In this document: piece after piece, positions 13,161 to 24,671 of the stretch
Layout: each line of letters opens with the position of its first letter
Numbering within the stretch: position 1 is the first letter of the stretch
DNA from: Dimorphilus gyrociliatus
Taxonomy: Eukaryota; Animalia; Annelida
DNA length: 64,000 nt
Direction of reading: 5' to 3'
Assembly: GCA_904063045.1 (NCBI GenBank)
Contig: CAJFCJ010000007.1
Span: forward strand, 1,270,510-1,334,509
Translations under genes and position numbers: made by a program
Notes under the pieces: generated by a model
The model's input: only the letters and a program-made list of their open reading frames with translations
Told to the model about the DNA's origin: nothing
The model's database searches: none

Positions 13161-13575
13161 GAAGAGAGTGCAAATGATGATATAACAAAAACAACATTTT
13201 ATACAAAGATAGAAGTATAATATATATTCATCGATATTTCACAATGTTAAGATTTTGAATAAAAATCATATTTAAACGCCATTTTTAACGATTATTAATT
13301 GTAACACATAAACAAACAAACAAACAAACATATAAACAACAAGGAAAGACCACAATTTCATTTAGAGATGAAGAGAACCAAAAAGATATGTATGGTTGGA
13401 AGGTATTACTTAAGACCCTTTAAGTTTCCATCTCTCTTCATAGATTTTTATATAAAACATGAAATTGAATTTTATTCACTAAAGAGTTGAGACGAATAGG
13501 TGAGATATAGTTTCTCATTTTGGAAATAAACCTACATTATTGAATAACTCCCTACGTCTTTTACTTAAAATGACA
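12084..13575 (+). repeat. Segmental duplication, copy 1 (near-identical to 17365-18851)
   Basis: Line-by-line match with an offset of ~5.28 kb. The differences seen are a few substitutions (GAACTG/GAATTG; GACCAC/GACTAC; TTAGAG/TTAGGG) and (GA)n length changes. Confidence 0.95.
12116..13054 (+). pseudogene. Orphan duplicate of putative stum 5' exons (12116-12370, 12572-13054)
   Basis: Two open exons join in phase 0 (CAG|GTAAGG ... TTTAG|AAT). The downstream stum core exon is absent, and both acceptor AGs at the copy end are lost (TTACTTAAAATGACAA). Confidence 0.45.
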
Positions 13576-14829
13576 AAATATTCGCTCGGCATGCAATTGG
13601 ATTATTTCCCAGTAAAACAATAACATTAGACATTATTGGTACTGCAATGTTAACTCCATAGAAGTCAATTTAGAAAGGAAGATAGAAAATAGTGAAAATT
13701 TTGACTCCGAAAGGGAAAGAGAAGATGTGATCGAATGAAATATAAAGAAAAATTAAAGAGATGTTTTGTGTAAAATTTTTATAAGATTACGAATATATTA
13801 GTTTGTCGTTTAAGTATTTAACAATTTATGTAATAGAATGTATAGAAGCATTTTTTGTCATTATTTCATTTTCTTTTTGGAATATTCAATATTTTTTGAT
13901 ATGATACGGCGGTTTATCTTTAAGTTTTCGCTCTGTTTTTTAATTGGAAAATATATTTTTGTTTGAATGATAGAAACAGGATATTTTCTTTTCTGTCTCT
14001 CACATACACATACACACTCACTCAGTCACTCACTCACTCTCTCGCTCGCTCGCTAGCTCACTAATTCTCTCTTTCTCTCTCTGTTCCTTTTACTACTCTA
14101 CTCTTACTCTCTATCTTGCTAACTCTTTCCTGTTCTCCTCTCTATTTTGATCAATATATACATTTAATTATAGTTTTCATTTCCTACCTCTTGTTAAATG
14201 ATATATCATCAAATTCAATTATAGCTTTTAAATGAGTATAAAAAAGAAGTTTTTAAGGTATTTTTTTCAATTTCAACAGCTTTTGTTAAAGTAATTTCTC
14301 TTTCAGCAATATATTTTGATGATGGTAATATAAGGGTAATTAATTTTCAACCTATCTAAGAAGGTTTAAAATGATAGTTTTATCAAGAGAAATTGAGATT
14401 AATTTATAAGGTTGTTTCGAAACCTTATTATAAAAACTTAAAATATTATTAAATATTAAGAAAACTGTTGAAAGATCATCGGAACGCTTCTTCGAAAACG
14501 TTAACGAAAGCTATCAGAATTCCCAAGATACGTATAGATTCTTGTAGAACAATTTGGAATTTTATATTTATTTGTAGCAAAGAGGAGTATCTACTGATGA
14601 AACTCACAGGAGAATTCTGAAATAGAAAACCATAAAGGATGCTGTATATAGCTATCTATACGGAATATTTCCTTACTGAATAACTGGGTCGGTTTAACGC
14701 TTAACGAAAATGGATAATGTTTAATAGCAAACGATGATTACTGTAACGCTAGGTCTTAGAAAGCTTCTTTATTATTCATCTTTTTCTCTTTTTAACGATT
14801 ATTGAGTAACATTTCCATGGTTAATAAGA

Positions 14830-16530
14830 TGACTTTAGAAAAGCAGGCGCCATATCACTTAGCAGTAAAGGTTGGCAAAATAAAATTTTCAGAGAAATAG
14901 TCAGAGTGAGCTTATAGATGGAAACAAACGACATTGATGGAGGATTCCAATCCGCACCTTTACATTTTAACAATAAAATGTTCTTTTAATTGAAGATAGT
15001 TTGAGGGTCTTTTTTAAAAAAAAGATCATTAGCCAGTGGACACCGTTTGATTATTGTAAAAAGAATTGAAACCCTTCAAGTCTCCTCCCATAGTTAAGTA
15101 TCAAATTAAGAGTTCTATGTATGGAAGGGAACATAAACTTTTTTCCTATCAAATAACTAATATTACTTTTTTGTATACTACTATAAAAAGAGAGAGAGAG
15201 AGAGAGAGAGACAGAAAAAACCATTCAACTCCTTTCTGAAGCACTCAACTTGTTGAAAACCAATCTTTACTTAATGATAATGGTAGAATCAAAACAGGAA
15301 GATCTAGTGGATAATCTTTTTTTTGGTAAAAAGTTTATTACATCGCAAATGGAATTCCTTTGGCTAAAAATATCAACATTTTTCATCTTAATCTTATATA
15401 GCGTTTTCCTCCTTTTCTTTACTAGTTACATTATCCTCGGTAAATCATCCCCCATCCCCCTACCCCTTCCACCTATCCCCTCTGCCTCCATTCTCAATAT
15501 ATATATATATACTTGTAAGCGTTCTTTCAGCGTTTCTCTTGCATGTAATTTTTAATTAAAAAAGTAATTTATACCTTTTGCTTGTTTTGATATTTTTTGA
15601 TATCTTCACTTTAATAAAAATGGTGGTAACCATCATAAAGAAACCGTTTTCATTACTTAATAGTTATATATAGGATTAAAAACATCTTTACTAATAATCT
15701 AAAGATAACACAGTAAACTGGTAATTGGATAATAATGTATATATATATATATATATATATATTAAATAAGAGATAAGCGATAAGAATACCGGAAGTAAAA
15801 GGATGTTTAGCATAGATTTTATTTTTCTTTAAAAATTCATTTATAAAAAAAAGAGAATTTAATTTTGTATTTCCCAATTCAAAATCAGAGAGCGTTTAAA
15901 TCCTTTGGAGCGTCGCTAATTAAAACGTCTGTCACGATGATCGGAAGATTTAGGTTTCAGTAAAATATTTTTGGGGTCATGAGACGCTGACATACAATAT
16001 TGTTTTTTCTCTATTTTCTTTTTTTTTTAAACAAAAATGAGATATTTTATGAATCATGCCCATACTACCGCGGAGTATCTAATGTCCTATCCATCTTCCT
16101 TCTTAATCCTAATGAGTGTTATCATCGTTAATTTACTCGTTGGTTTGGCTGTTAATGTTATTAAAGCCGTATAAGAAGAGGCTGTCCTGAAGAGTCTTTC
16201 CTATATCGTTGACTTTTGAGCGTTAAATACTTAGTTTCTGACATTTGAGGAGAATAAATTTACCTCTCAAAAAAAGCTTAGATCCCTTCATTGCCCTAAG
16301 AACTTGACAAATAACCGTATGCAATAAAGCAAACATTAAGAAAAGGGCTCTAGCACTCTTCCAACTCCTACTATATTCTGGAGAAGGTTAATTACATTGT
16401 TTTGAAAAACTTGTTCCTCTATACCATGAAATGGAAGTCATATAAGAAAATTAAGAGAAGACGATGAAAGATTTGACCAACATGAAACGAAAGATGAAAG
16501 AATTGGTACTTCACTAGAAAAATTCGAAAT
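14830..16530 (+). pseudogene. Decayed duplicate of the TRPA1 3' half
   Basis: Collinear matches to TRPA1 include ~14840 (CACTTAGCAGTAAAGG vs 8675), 15030 (AGCCAGTGGACACCG vs 8862), 15270 (ATGATAATGGTAGAATCAAAACAGGAAGATCTA vs 9580), 15877 (pore region vs 10505), 16130 (AATTTACTCGTTGGTTTGGCTGTT vs 10722) and 16430-16530 (last exon). It carries indels and a nonsense change CAA->TAA at 16172. Fainter similarity may extend back to ~14470. Confidence 0.88.
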
Positions 16531-17364
16531 GATGCTCTTTTCTTCATCGAGACATTTATTTATTGAGAAGAACACTTCTTGTCTACAGAGGAACAAAGAG
16601 AAGAACATGAATACTTTCAATTCAAAAACATTTATACAATTATAGATTTAATAAAGAGAAAAAGAAGAAAATGATTAAGAGATAGTCACTATTTTTTAGC
16701 TCATTCTTTTGCTCTTCACATCAGTTTTTCATACAAAGGAGTTTCTTTCTTTCCACACTACAAATGAAATGATCTTTTGAAAGGGAAAAAAGTAGAGAAG
16801 AAAATTTCAATTCATTTTGTATCTTTTTAAAAAATTTGATTTTCCTTTCACAGAAAACAAGATTTTTTCATTTCTCTTTCAATATCTTCTCAATCCATTT
16901 TACACGTTATCATGTAATTATAATCTATACAAGATACCCCCTCTTTTCAACCTTAAATAAATTATAAGATTATAACCAGATTATCTAGATTATCATTAAA
17001 AGTCTAATGAATATTTTATAGATTTATAAATAATAAAACAATGGCTAAACTTGAAAAAAAAATCAATACAGCGCTTCACTTCCGTCCATTTTGTCTTCTG
17101 TCTCTTTTCGAATATATTCCTATAACATTCTCTTCAAATGACAAAATGACTAATTGCAACGTTCATTTATTTTTTAAATTATAGGCAAATAAATTAGATA
17201 TGCATTAAGACTTTTTAATTAATCATCATCCTAAGCCTACACACCTGAAATATTTATCAAATGCTTATAATTGACGTTTTCAGGTTAAATTTCTACTTTT
17301 TACTACGTGTAATATCTAATATCTATCATTAAAAAGATTATTCATATTTGAATCTAAATTATAT

Positions 17365-17727
17365 CGAATCTAGATCAAATTGTCGATAAAATCATAATGA
17401 TAGAGAGATTCCTTAAGCAGGAAGGAACTGAAAACAGTACAATTCATAAGAGAATCTCTTCAAGTTCCTTTACCTATCTGAGTAGACAATCAAGAAAGCG
17501 ACGAATGAACGACAATTTGAGCACTATATCGTTTGGGTTAGGAAACGGCGAGGCAGGTTGCGAATTGCAAAAGGAAAGAGGCGACTTTACGCTAAATAAT
17601 AATGTCATTGACCGTCGTATCCAATTGTTCTCTACTAACGCAAATGCTCAGGTAAGGAATTATCCTTTTTGTTTTGTCTTTAATCTCGAGAAAGCGGCTG
17701 CCTCTTCTGAAAAAAAGAGACACGAAG

Positions 17728-17765
<38 letters not shown>

Positions 17766-18851
17766 GATAGAAAAGAAAGAGACACAATATTTATTTTCTA
17801 TATCTTTTTCATCTATTCATATACATTTAATGGATAACGGAAAAATCTATTTAGAATCATAAACGGCTATTCGAAACTCGCTCAATGAATTCTACTTCCG
17901 ATTTGCCGATTCGGAGAAATCGACGATGTCATCAACAAACCAGGAAAGGATCTTGCTTTGTTAGCGAATTTCAACAGAGTACAAGTGACAAAGGCAGGTC
18001 GATGGGCAAAGTACCCAGAATTGCTCAACTTCAATTGGAAGAAGCCGAGTTAATGAATGATTTTAGGCCTAAGAGCGGTATTACAATAACAAGTTTCATT
18101 CGTTCATTCTTAGCTAATAATTTGACCTCACTAGCGGCCCCACCTAATCAAAGACGTTTAACTGCTGTAGCTGCTCCTATCACAAACGCTTTAAATCACT
18201 TGTTCTATTTTTATAAATGGCCTCCAAGGCGTCACTTATTCAACGCTCTCGGCTCTTTAGTTTTTCAGCAAAAGCTTCTTTCTGCACCACAAAGTATAGA
18301 TTCCGAGATAAAGATAAGTAGTGAGAAGGAAAAAGAGGTAGACAGAGAGAAAGTGAAGAAGAAAAGAATTGAGATAAGAGAGGAAGAGTATAGCGAGAGA
18401 GATAGAGGGAGGGAGAGAGAGAGAGAGAGAGAGAGGAAGAGAGTGCAAATGATGATATAACAAAAACAACATTTTATACAAAGATAGAAGTATAATATAT
18501 ATTCATCGATATTTCACAATGTTAAGATTTTGAATAAAAATCATATTTAAACGCCATTTTTAACGATTATTAATTGTAACACATAAACAAACAAACAAAC
18601 AAACATATAAACAACAAGGAAAGACTACAATTTCATTTAGGGATGAAGAGAACCAAAAAGATATGTATGGTTGGAAGGTATTACTTAAGACCCTTTAAGT
18701 TTCCATCTCTCTTCATAGATTTTTATATAAAACATGAAATTGAATTTTATTCACTAAAGAGTTGAGACGAATAGGTGAGATATAGTTTCTCATTTTGGAA
18801 ATAAACCTACATTATTGAATAACTCCCTACGTCTTTTACTTAGAAATGACA
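17365..18851 (+). repeat. Segmental duplication, copy 2
   Basis: Near-identical to 12084-13575. The homology ends exactly at the splice-acceptor region of the stum core exon. Confidence 0.95.
17397..18337 (+). CDS. Putative 5' exons of the stum homolog (17397-17651, 17855-~18337), or a separate small gene
   Basis: Two GC-richer open exons splice in frame (strong donor GTAAGG). A phase-0 donor at 18338 (GAG|GTAGAC) could join the phase-0 CAG acceptor at 18852 and read in frame into the stum core. No recognisable domain. Confidence 0.4.
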
Positions 18852-18951
18852 GAGGGCGGCAGATACGCGCTTGGAATGCAATTGGGCGATTGCCAGCAGT
18901 ACTGTAGCAAACAGCAGCGGCGGCTATCATTGCAGTTGCATTTTTAACGCT

Positions 18952-20280
18952 ATGGACGACACTTTAGAAACAACAGTACCTTTAGCCGGCCATAAGGCAG
19001 GACCGTCTCTTGGTAGCAAAAAACCCAGTGTTGTGATTAAAGAACCGGAAAGAACTACTTATGAAGTTGTTAAAATTGAAGAAAAACATGGCCCGCTCCA
19101 TAAAGCTATTCCAATCATGCCTTTACCATTTGCCGCTCTTTGCTGTTTATTAAATATAGGATGTCCAGGTTTAGGTTAGTAGAATCATTTCTATCTAATA
19201 ATTGCAGTAGCTATTGAAGTAGTTAATGTTTTTTTTTCCCTAGTCTTATCGCTATTGAAAATCTGTTTAAATAGAATTGAAAATTTTGTAAAGGCAATAA
19301 ATAATTTGGAGATGTTTGCTTTTATTTCTTGTTTTTTTTCTCCCCTCTCTCTCACTCTCTCTCTTCTTTCTCATTCCCTTCTCTATTTTCCTTTTCTATT
19401 AGTTCGTCTCCTTTTTTGTTATTATTATCATTTTTTTTCCACAGCCAATATTTCATCTCTTTTGATGATTTGTGTTGCGCCATCTTTTATAGTTTACTTA
19501 GTTTTTGTTACCTATCAGTGATAGTTTGTATAGGAAAAAGCTGAGTAGATATTTATATTTATTAACAGATATATTATATATATTATATTATCATTCATAT
19601 TTCCTTGGTTAGGTACGCTAATTTCTGCCTTCTCAGTATTCTGTTGTGCTTCGACTAGAATAGAAAAACCCATACACGCCTTTGGTTTAAATATTCTTGC
19701 TGGAATACTACAAGCCTTGACATTTATCGTGATAGTCGGCTGGATATGGAGTATCTTATGGGGAATGACATTTGTACAATTCTCCAGTAAGTATATTTTT
19801 GCAATGTAGCCTTCTGTAAATGTTCGTTCAAGGCAGCATGTTCTAGATATTCAGGTCGCTTGCTTATATTCTATCTGATACGTTTATGTTATGTAGTAGT
19901 CTCCTCATAGTATCCACATCTACACATACACTTTTTCTCTCCCTCTCCGTCTTTCTCTTTCAATAAATATCTCTCTTGCTCTCTTCACTCTAAATCTCTT
20001 GATATTTTTTATGTGAGATATATTCTTGTGTATATTAGTATATATATAGAAACGTAGTACAAAATGATAGCTTTACATTATATACACCGTTCTCACACTT
20101 ACTTGGAAGCACTTAGATAAATACCTCTGCACCTTAGTTCTCTCTTTCTTTTCCGTTCCCTCTTCTATTGCAGTTCAAAGAACGAAAAGAAACGCCTTAT
20201 CAGAAACACCGAGCAGGAACATTCCTTACTACGTTAGACGACAAAGCAGCGTTGATCCAGAATACTCTAGCAAATCCTGA
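18952..20280 (+). CDS. stum: Protein stum / SPEC3-family membrane protein (core exons ...-19174, 19613-19786, 20174-20280)
   Basis: KIEEKHGPLHKAIPIMPLPFAALCCLLNIGCPGLG|TLISAFSVFCCAS...AFGLNILAGILQALTFIVIVGWIWSILWGMTFV matches the stum/SPEC3 pattern (KGPLxxAIPxMP...PGLGT...GWIxSIxWG). The start is uncertain: ATG 18952, or an extension through an acceptor at 18852. Confidence 0.9.
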
Positions 20281-20808
20281 TTAAAAGCATGCATGGTCTG
20301 GCATTTTCTCTTTTTTATTTTGCTTTCTAGATATTTTTCGATTTGACTTTTACCATTGCTTAAGATTAATCGACCTATTTTAGACTTTGCATATATTTAT
20401 TAGTTGGCTTTATATAATAATCCTGTAAAGAAATATGTTTTTATTTTTTTGACGCCAACTAAAAGAGTAGAGTAAATTTTGGATACAAACAATCTAATTA
20501 AGTTGCGTCTATCGTACCGTTAATGATATCGATCAACTATTTGTATAAACCGAAATCGAAAAAGTTTAGAAATCAATTTGCGCTGTTGCTATATGATATT
20601 TGTATAGGATCTACACATATCTTACATATATATATATATATAGTATGTATATATATATACGTATATATGTTTATCTACTATATACGCCGCATGTACTTTA
20701 CTATTTGTTGGTCTACAGTATACCTAATAAATGTACATATATATATATGTATATATATACAGTATATATATTCGACATATAGTATATACATGGCCTCATA
20801 AAAAACAC

Positions 20809-20839
<31 letters not shown>

Positions 20840-21957
20840 AATACAGTACACGTTTTTAGTGTAAGTAGGAGGGAGAATTATCAATGTGCTTGCATCTACT
20901 TTTAGTTGTGTGCTTAGATTGTGGGCCTATAAAGCCATAGCTGTTGACTTTTAACCGTAAGGATTTTCCAATTTGCAATTTTTTCGCCGTATCCTCATCT
21001 TGTCTTTTTCCATATGTTTCCTTTATCTTGTTTTCTATGGTTTTTCCACTTCATTCATCTCTTTCTTCAACTCAAATCGAATGTTTTGAAAGAAAGAGAT
21101 AAAGAGAAAGAGGTAAGAAGAAAAACCGGTTAAATTCGTAGCCTGAAGTATTGTCGGACGAGTAGGCAAGGCAGTTTTTCGAATGGTACTGCATTTGCCT
21201 CTATCCATCATTTACAGCCGCTTCTGTCCCTTTTTTTTATACCGACACAAAATCACGTTTTGAAAGCAAACAGATTTTTTTTTCACGAAAAAAATTAGTT
21301 AAAGCTATTTGCATATATTTAAGATCTGTATTTTATTCTTTTTCCCCCCCCCCCATTCTTTCGGTTGTTTATTTGGGGTTTTTTTATGTAACATCTACTT
21401 TTTTTTTGTACTTTACCTAATTTTCTGAACGTATCTGCAACGCGGAAATCGATATATACGACTATACCAGCGCTTCTTTTTCTACCTTCAACCAACTGTA
21501 CATACTGACTTGTAATTGCATAGGTTATCTAGTGAAATTTTCCATAGATGTTTACATAGTTTTTTCCTGTTTTTTCAAAAATATATTCCCTAAATCTATA
21601 GAATGTGGTTGTATCTACTCAAAGATCGTAATCAATTATGTATACTTATACGGACGCAGTCAGCTATTTATGGGTCTATTGTGAGTTATTACTTATTAAT
21701 AAAGAAAATGAATATTCCGACGTTTATTGACGAGAGTATGTTCTCCCTCCCATAAGTAGTAGAGACGTCTTTTTCCGGGATTCGACGGATTTCCTAGGAC
21801 TTAATGAATTAAATCAAGCGTTTTACTCCAGATGAGCGTATAAAAAATGCATGACATATAGCACCGTATTTCTCCATACAGCTTTATACATTCTTAGCTG
21901 AAAAGATTTTGTTTATACCCTAATTAACCTAATTGCATAATTGATCTCACCCAACAG

Positions 21958-22043
21958 TGGCGTCCAGACAGAAGACGCCCGGACAAGCCGCATCGATGGC
22001 ACCCTACTTCGTTAGAAGACAAAGTAGCGTTCCTGGCGTATAA
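21958..22043 (+). CDS. stum: Alternative terminal exon of the stum homolog
   Basis: The acceptor CTCACCCAACAG with upstream CTAAT/TTAAC is phase-compatible with the donor at 19787. It encodes (M)ASRQKTPGQAASMAPYFVRRQSSVPGV*, paralogous to IPYYVRRQSSVDP in exon 20174-20280. Confidence 0.7.
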
Positions 22044-22283
22044 AACTACTCGTATTTTTTATTTATATACACCTGTATCTACGAATATGCATAATTTTTT
22101 TCTTCCTGTACAAACTATAAAAGTATACTTTTAAAGTCTACAATGAACCATCCGAATTATTAATGAATATCCATGTAGACAGACCTCTACTCTATCTGAT
22201 AAAAACTATGAACAGTTGTAATTGTTTCGTATTCCGTAGACTTTCTGGAAAATTTTTGCTGCCTGTAGTAAGCTGATATACTG

Positions 22284-22324
<41 letters not shown>

Positions 22325-22613
22325 TATACATAAATTTGTGTGTGTGTTAATATATCTTTATCACTTAATTTACATTTTGGAATGATAAGGAAAGATTATT
22401 TAAAGGAAATTTGTCTGCCATTTTGTCATCCTAGTTTATGCCTTACAAACGTTTTACATATATAGTTTATATATAATTGTATGTGTATATTGTATAAAGA
22501 ATTGACTAAGGAAGGCATGTAAATATATTCTTTAAAATTTTACCTATGCTAAAGACGTCAAGTGAACACGTCACTTTTTAAATATAATTTGAATATTAGA
22601 ATACAGATGGCGT

Positions 22614-23609
22614 TCAGCACATTTTTTGACGCCTAACAACGAAATCAAGGTCTGATTGAACTTCATGAGTAGTTTCGTCCGCTTTCAACTTTTTCCTCCT
22701 AGCCTTAGGAGAGTCGGTATTGAAAAAATGGCTAAAAACTGATTGTGTCTCCTTCGGGCCAGTATCGAGAAGTGCGTTAAAAAGATATCCAAAAATGATT
22801 AAAACCTCCTTTTCGTCCTTCAAAGCAAAGCCGACAGTTTGCATATCAATATAGTTTGGTAAAAGAAAAAATGCAAAAGGACGCCGTCTAGTGACGGTAT
22901 GCTGATCTGTAGATTCACTGTTCTTTCCTAACAGTATATCTATCCTGAAAATTTCTCTTAATTCCAGAGTTATATATCCCTTAGGAATCTTTCTCATATC
23001 GAGTGAGGCGACGAATTTTCCGTTTTGAATGCGTATAATTGCCAATTCGGATGAAATATCTTGCATCAAATTACTTTCGCATTCATCGTATTCTTCTCTT
23101 GTTTCTTGATTATCATCTGCTAATTGTACGTCAACTTCCCATTGATGAACCTCTTGTTTGACAGGTTTTGATTTACTAAAAAACTTGGGTAATAAACTGC
23201 GATTGACTGAGTCCTTGGCTGTTTCCGTTTCCGATTCGTCGTTTCTCAATGCGGACGCGTGTAACAATCTGGAGGTGGTAAAAGTTTCCTCCCCTAGTAT
23301 CCTATACAATTTAGCGTTCTTTAATGATGGTTTTGGTCCAACGTGAGGCTCTTTTCTCCTTATTGCAGGTTTCCGACCAATTATACTCTGTTCCACTGGT
23401 CGCATACGTAACCTATGTGGATCAATAAGTCTTCTAGCCTCTTCTTCATGATCCTCCTCTCTTGCAATTTTATTTGTATCTTCGTCACTGTCGTCATCAG
23501 TAGAAAACGACACTATCTTCCTTGAATGCTTCTGCATGTTCAAACAATTCCGGATAGTTTGGCAAATAGCATAGTTGGCATAAAGTAGTGTAGACTCGTT
23601 ATTTCCCAT
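22614..23609 (-). CDS. Intronless 331-aa protein with a divergent alpha-crystallin (HSP20) domain
   Basis: The segment IIRIQNGKFVASLDMRKIPKGYITLELREIFRIDILLGKNSESTDQHTVTRRRPFAFFLLPNYIDMQTVGFALKDEKEVLIIFG aligns by eye with the ACD pattern (F.v.LD...F.P..I.v......i.g......h......f....LP..vD...v...L...gvL.I.g). The N-terminus is long and low-complexity. Confidence 0.62.
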   Translation of the reverse strand: MGNNESTLLYANYAICQTIRNCLNMQKHSRKIVSFSTDDDSDEDTNKIAREEDHEEEARRLIDPHRLRMRPVEQSIIGRKPAIRRKEPHVGPKPSLKNAKLYRILGEETFTTSRLLHASALRNDESETETAKDSVNRSLLPKFFSKSKPVKQEVHQWEVDVQLADDNQETREEYDECESNLMQDISSELAIIRIQNGKFVASLDMRKIPKGYITLELREIFRIDILLGKNSESTDQHTVTRRRPFAFFLLPNYIDMQTVGFALKDEKEVLIIFGYLFNALLDTGPKETQSVFSHFFNTDSPKARRKKLKADETTHEVQSDLDFVVRRQKMC

Positions 23610-24278
23610 ATTTATATATTTTCTACATAACTCATAATAGGTACAGAGAGAAGGCCACTGTTTTACGTTTACGCTGTAAAAAGATATATAGGCCTACATT
23701 AAAAATTCTTTAGTAATAATAAAGGTTAAATTTTATATCAATGTTTTTTGAACAATATTAATAAATATCTACGTATACAAACATATCGTATTATTGAATT
23801 TTATAGGCCTACTATTCTATAAGTACTAAAGGTACACATTATATCGAAAGAATAGAGTTTTAAGATTATAACCCTCGAATTTTTTAATCTTCTATTCAAT
23901 TCTATTTTCTTTATCTCTTCCTCTTATGTTCCCTATCATTCCTTACTCTTCTCTTCCTTAGTTATGTAATAAAAAAAATAGAAGAAAACAAACTTCTGAA
24001 ACAATCCAGTTTATATTTCTCTCTTTTTCGAGCTACATTTCTGCCGTCTTTCCTATTTGCTTGGAAAAAGCAGAGAATTCGATTTTTTAGGCCTATTTGT
24101 AAGTTGTTTTCTATTATTTGTTATTTGTAATAAGAGACATTGTACGCTATCGTCGGACGTAAAGCTATTACTAACGTTGGAGGGAAAAGAATTGGAAGGA
24201 GAGGATAGGTCAAATCATTTCCTATAGCTTTATTTTTCTTACCTACGTTCCGATCGGTTACTCATTTTAACTTGTGAA

Positions 24279-24296
24279 TGACCTTAGCATAGGTCA
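24279..24296. promoter_or_regulatory. Candidate nuclear-receptor everted repeat (TGACCT-n6-AGGTCA, ER6 geometry)
   Basis: Two exact consensus half-sites spaced by 6 nt, ~670 bp upstream of the HSP20-like start. Sequence match only. Confidence 0.25.
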
Positions 24297-24671
24297 CACA
24301 CAAGTAGCAAGCAACTTGCTGCAATTTGTTGCATAGTTTTTATAATAAATAATACCTTTAAAGCACCAAAATAATAAGAAAAAGAGATTTCCGACGTCGT
24401 AGCGAAGGAGGAAGTTTGTTTAATGGTAAAGTTGAGAAAGGTCGAGAAACGGAAGTAGACTAGGCTGAATTTTTGATATGGTATACCCTTAGATTATATT
24501 TTAAAGTTGGCAAGAATTAAATAGGTATTTGTGGTATAGATTGTACGGATTAGTATATAGGCCAAAGGATAAACGATAAAAAATTTGTTTGTATTTTATT
24601 TTTATAGCTCCTTAAACTCTAATGAGGATAAAATACTGCGAAGGGAACATAAAAACAACGGAAGTTGTCAA

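Noticed and set aside
12311-13206. Minus-strand ORFs rich in SLSLSL, and the ERERER tails of the plus-strand ORFs
   Set aside because: They are translations of (GA)n/(CT)n microsatellites; the same applies to 18257-18481.
19255-20884. Short hydrophobic or YIYI-rich ORFs in stum introns and 3' region
   Set aside because: They are low-complexity T-rich or (TA)n sequence with no splice or homology support.
21142-21185. Possible third stum tail exon (LKYCRTSRQGSFSN) with an RQxS-like motif
   Set aside because: Its phase does not match the donor at 19787; in the matching phase it hits a stop immediately.
23610-24250. Heat-shock element upstream of the HSP20-like gene
   Set aside because: I found no convincing run of alternating nGAAn/nTTCn units.
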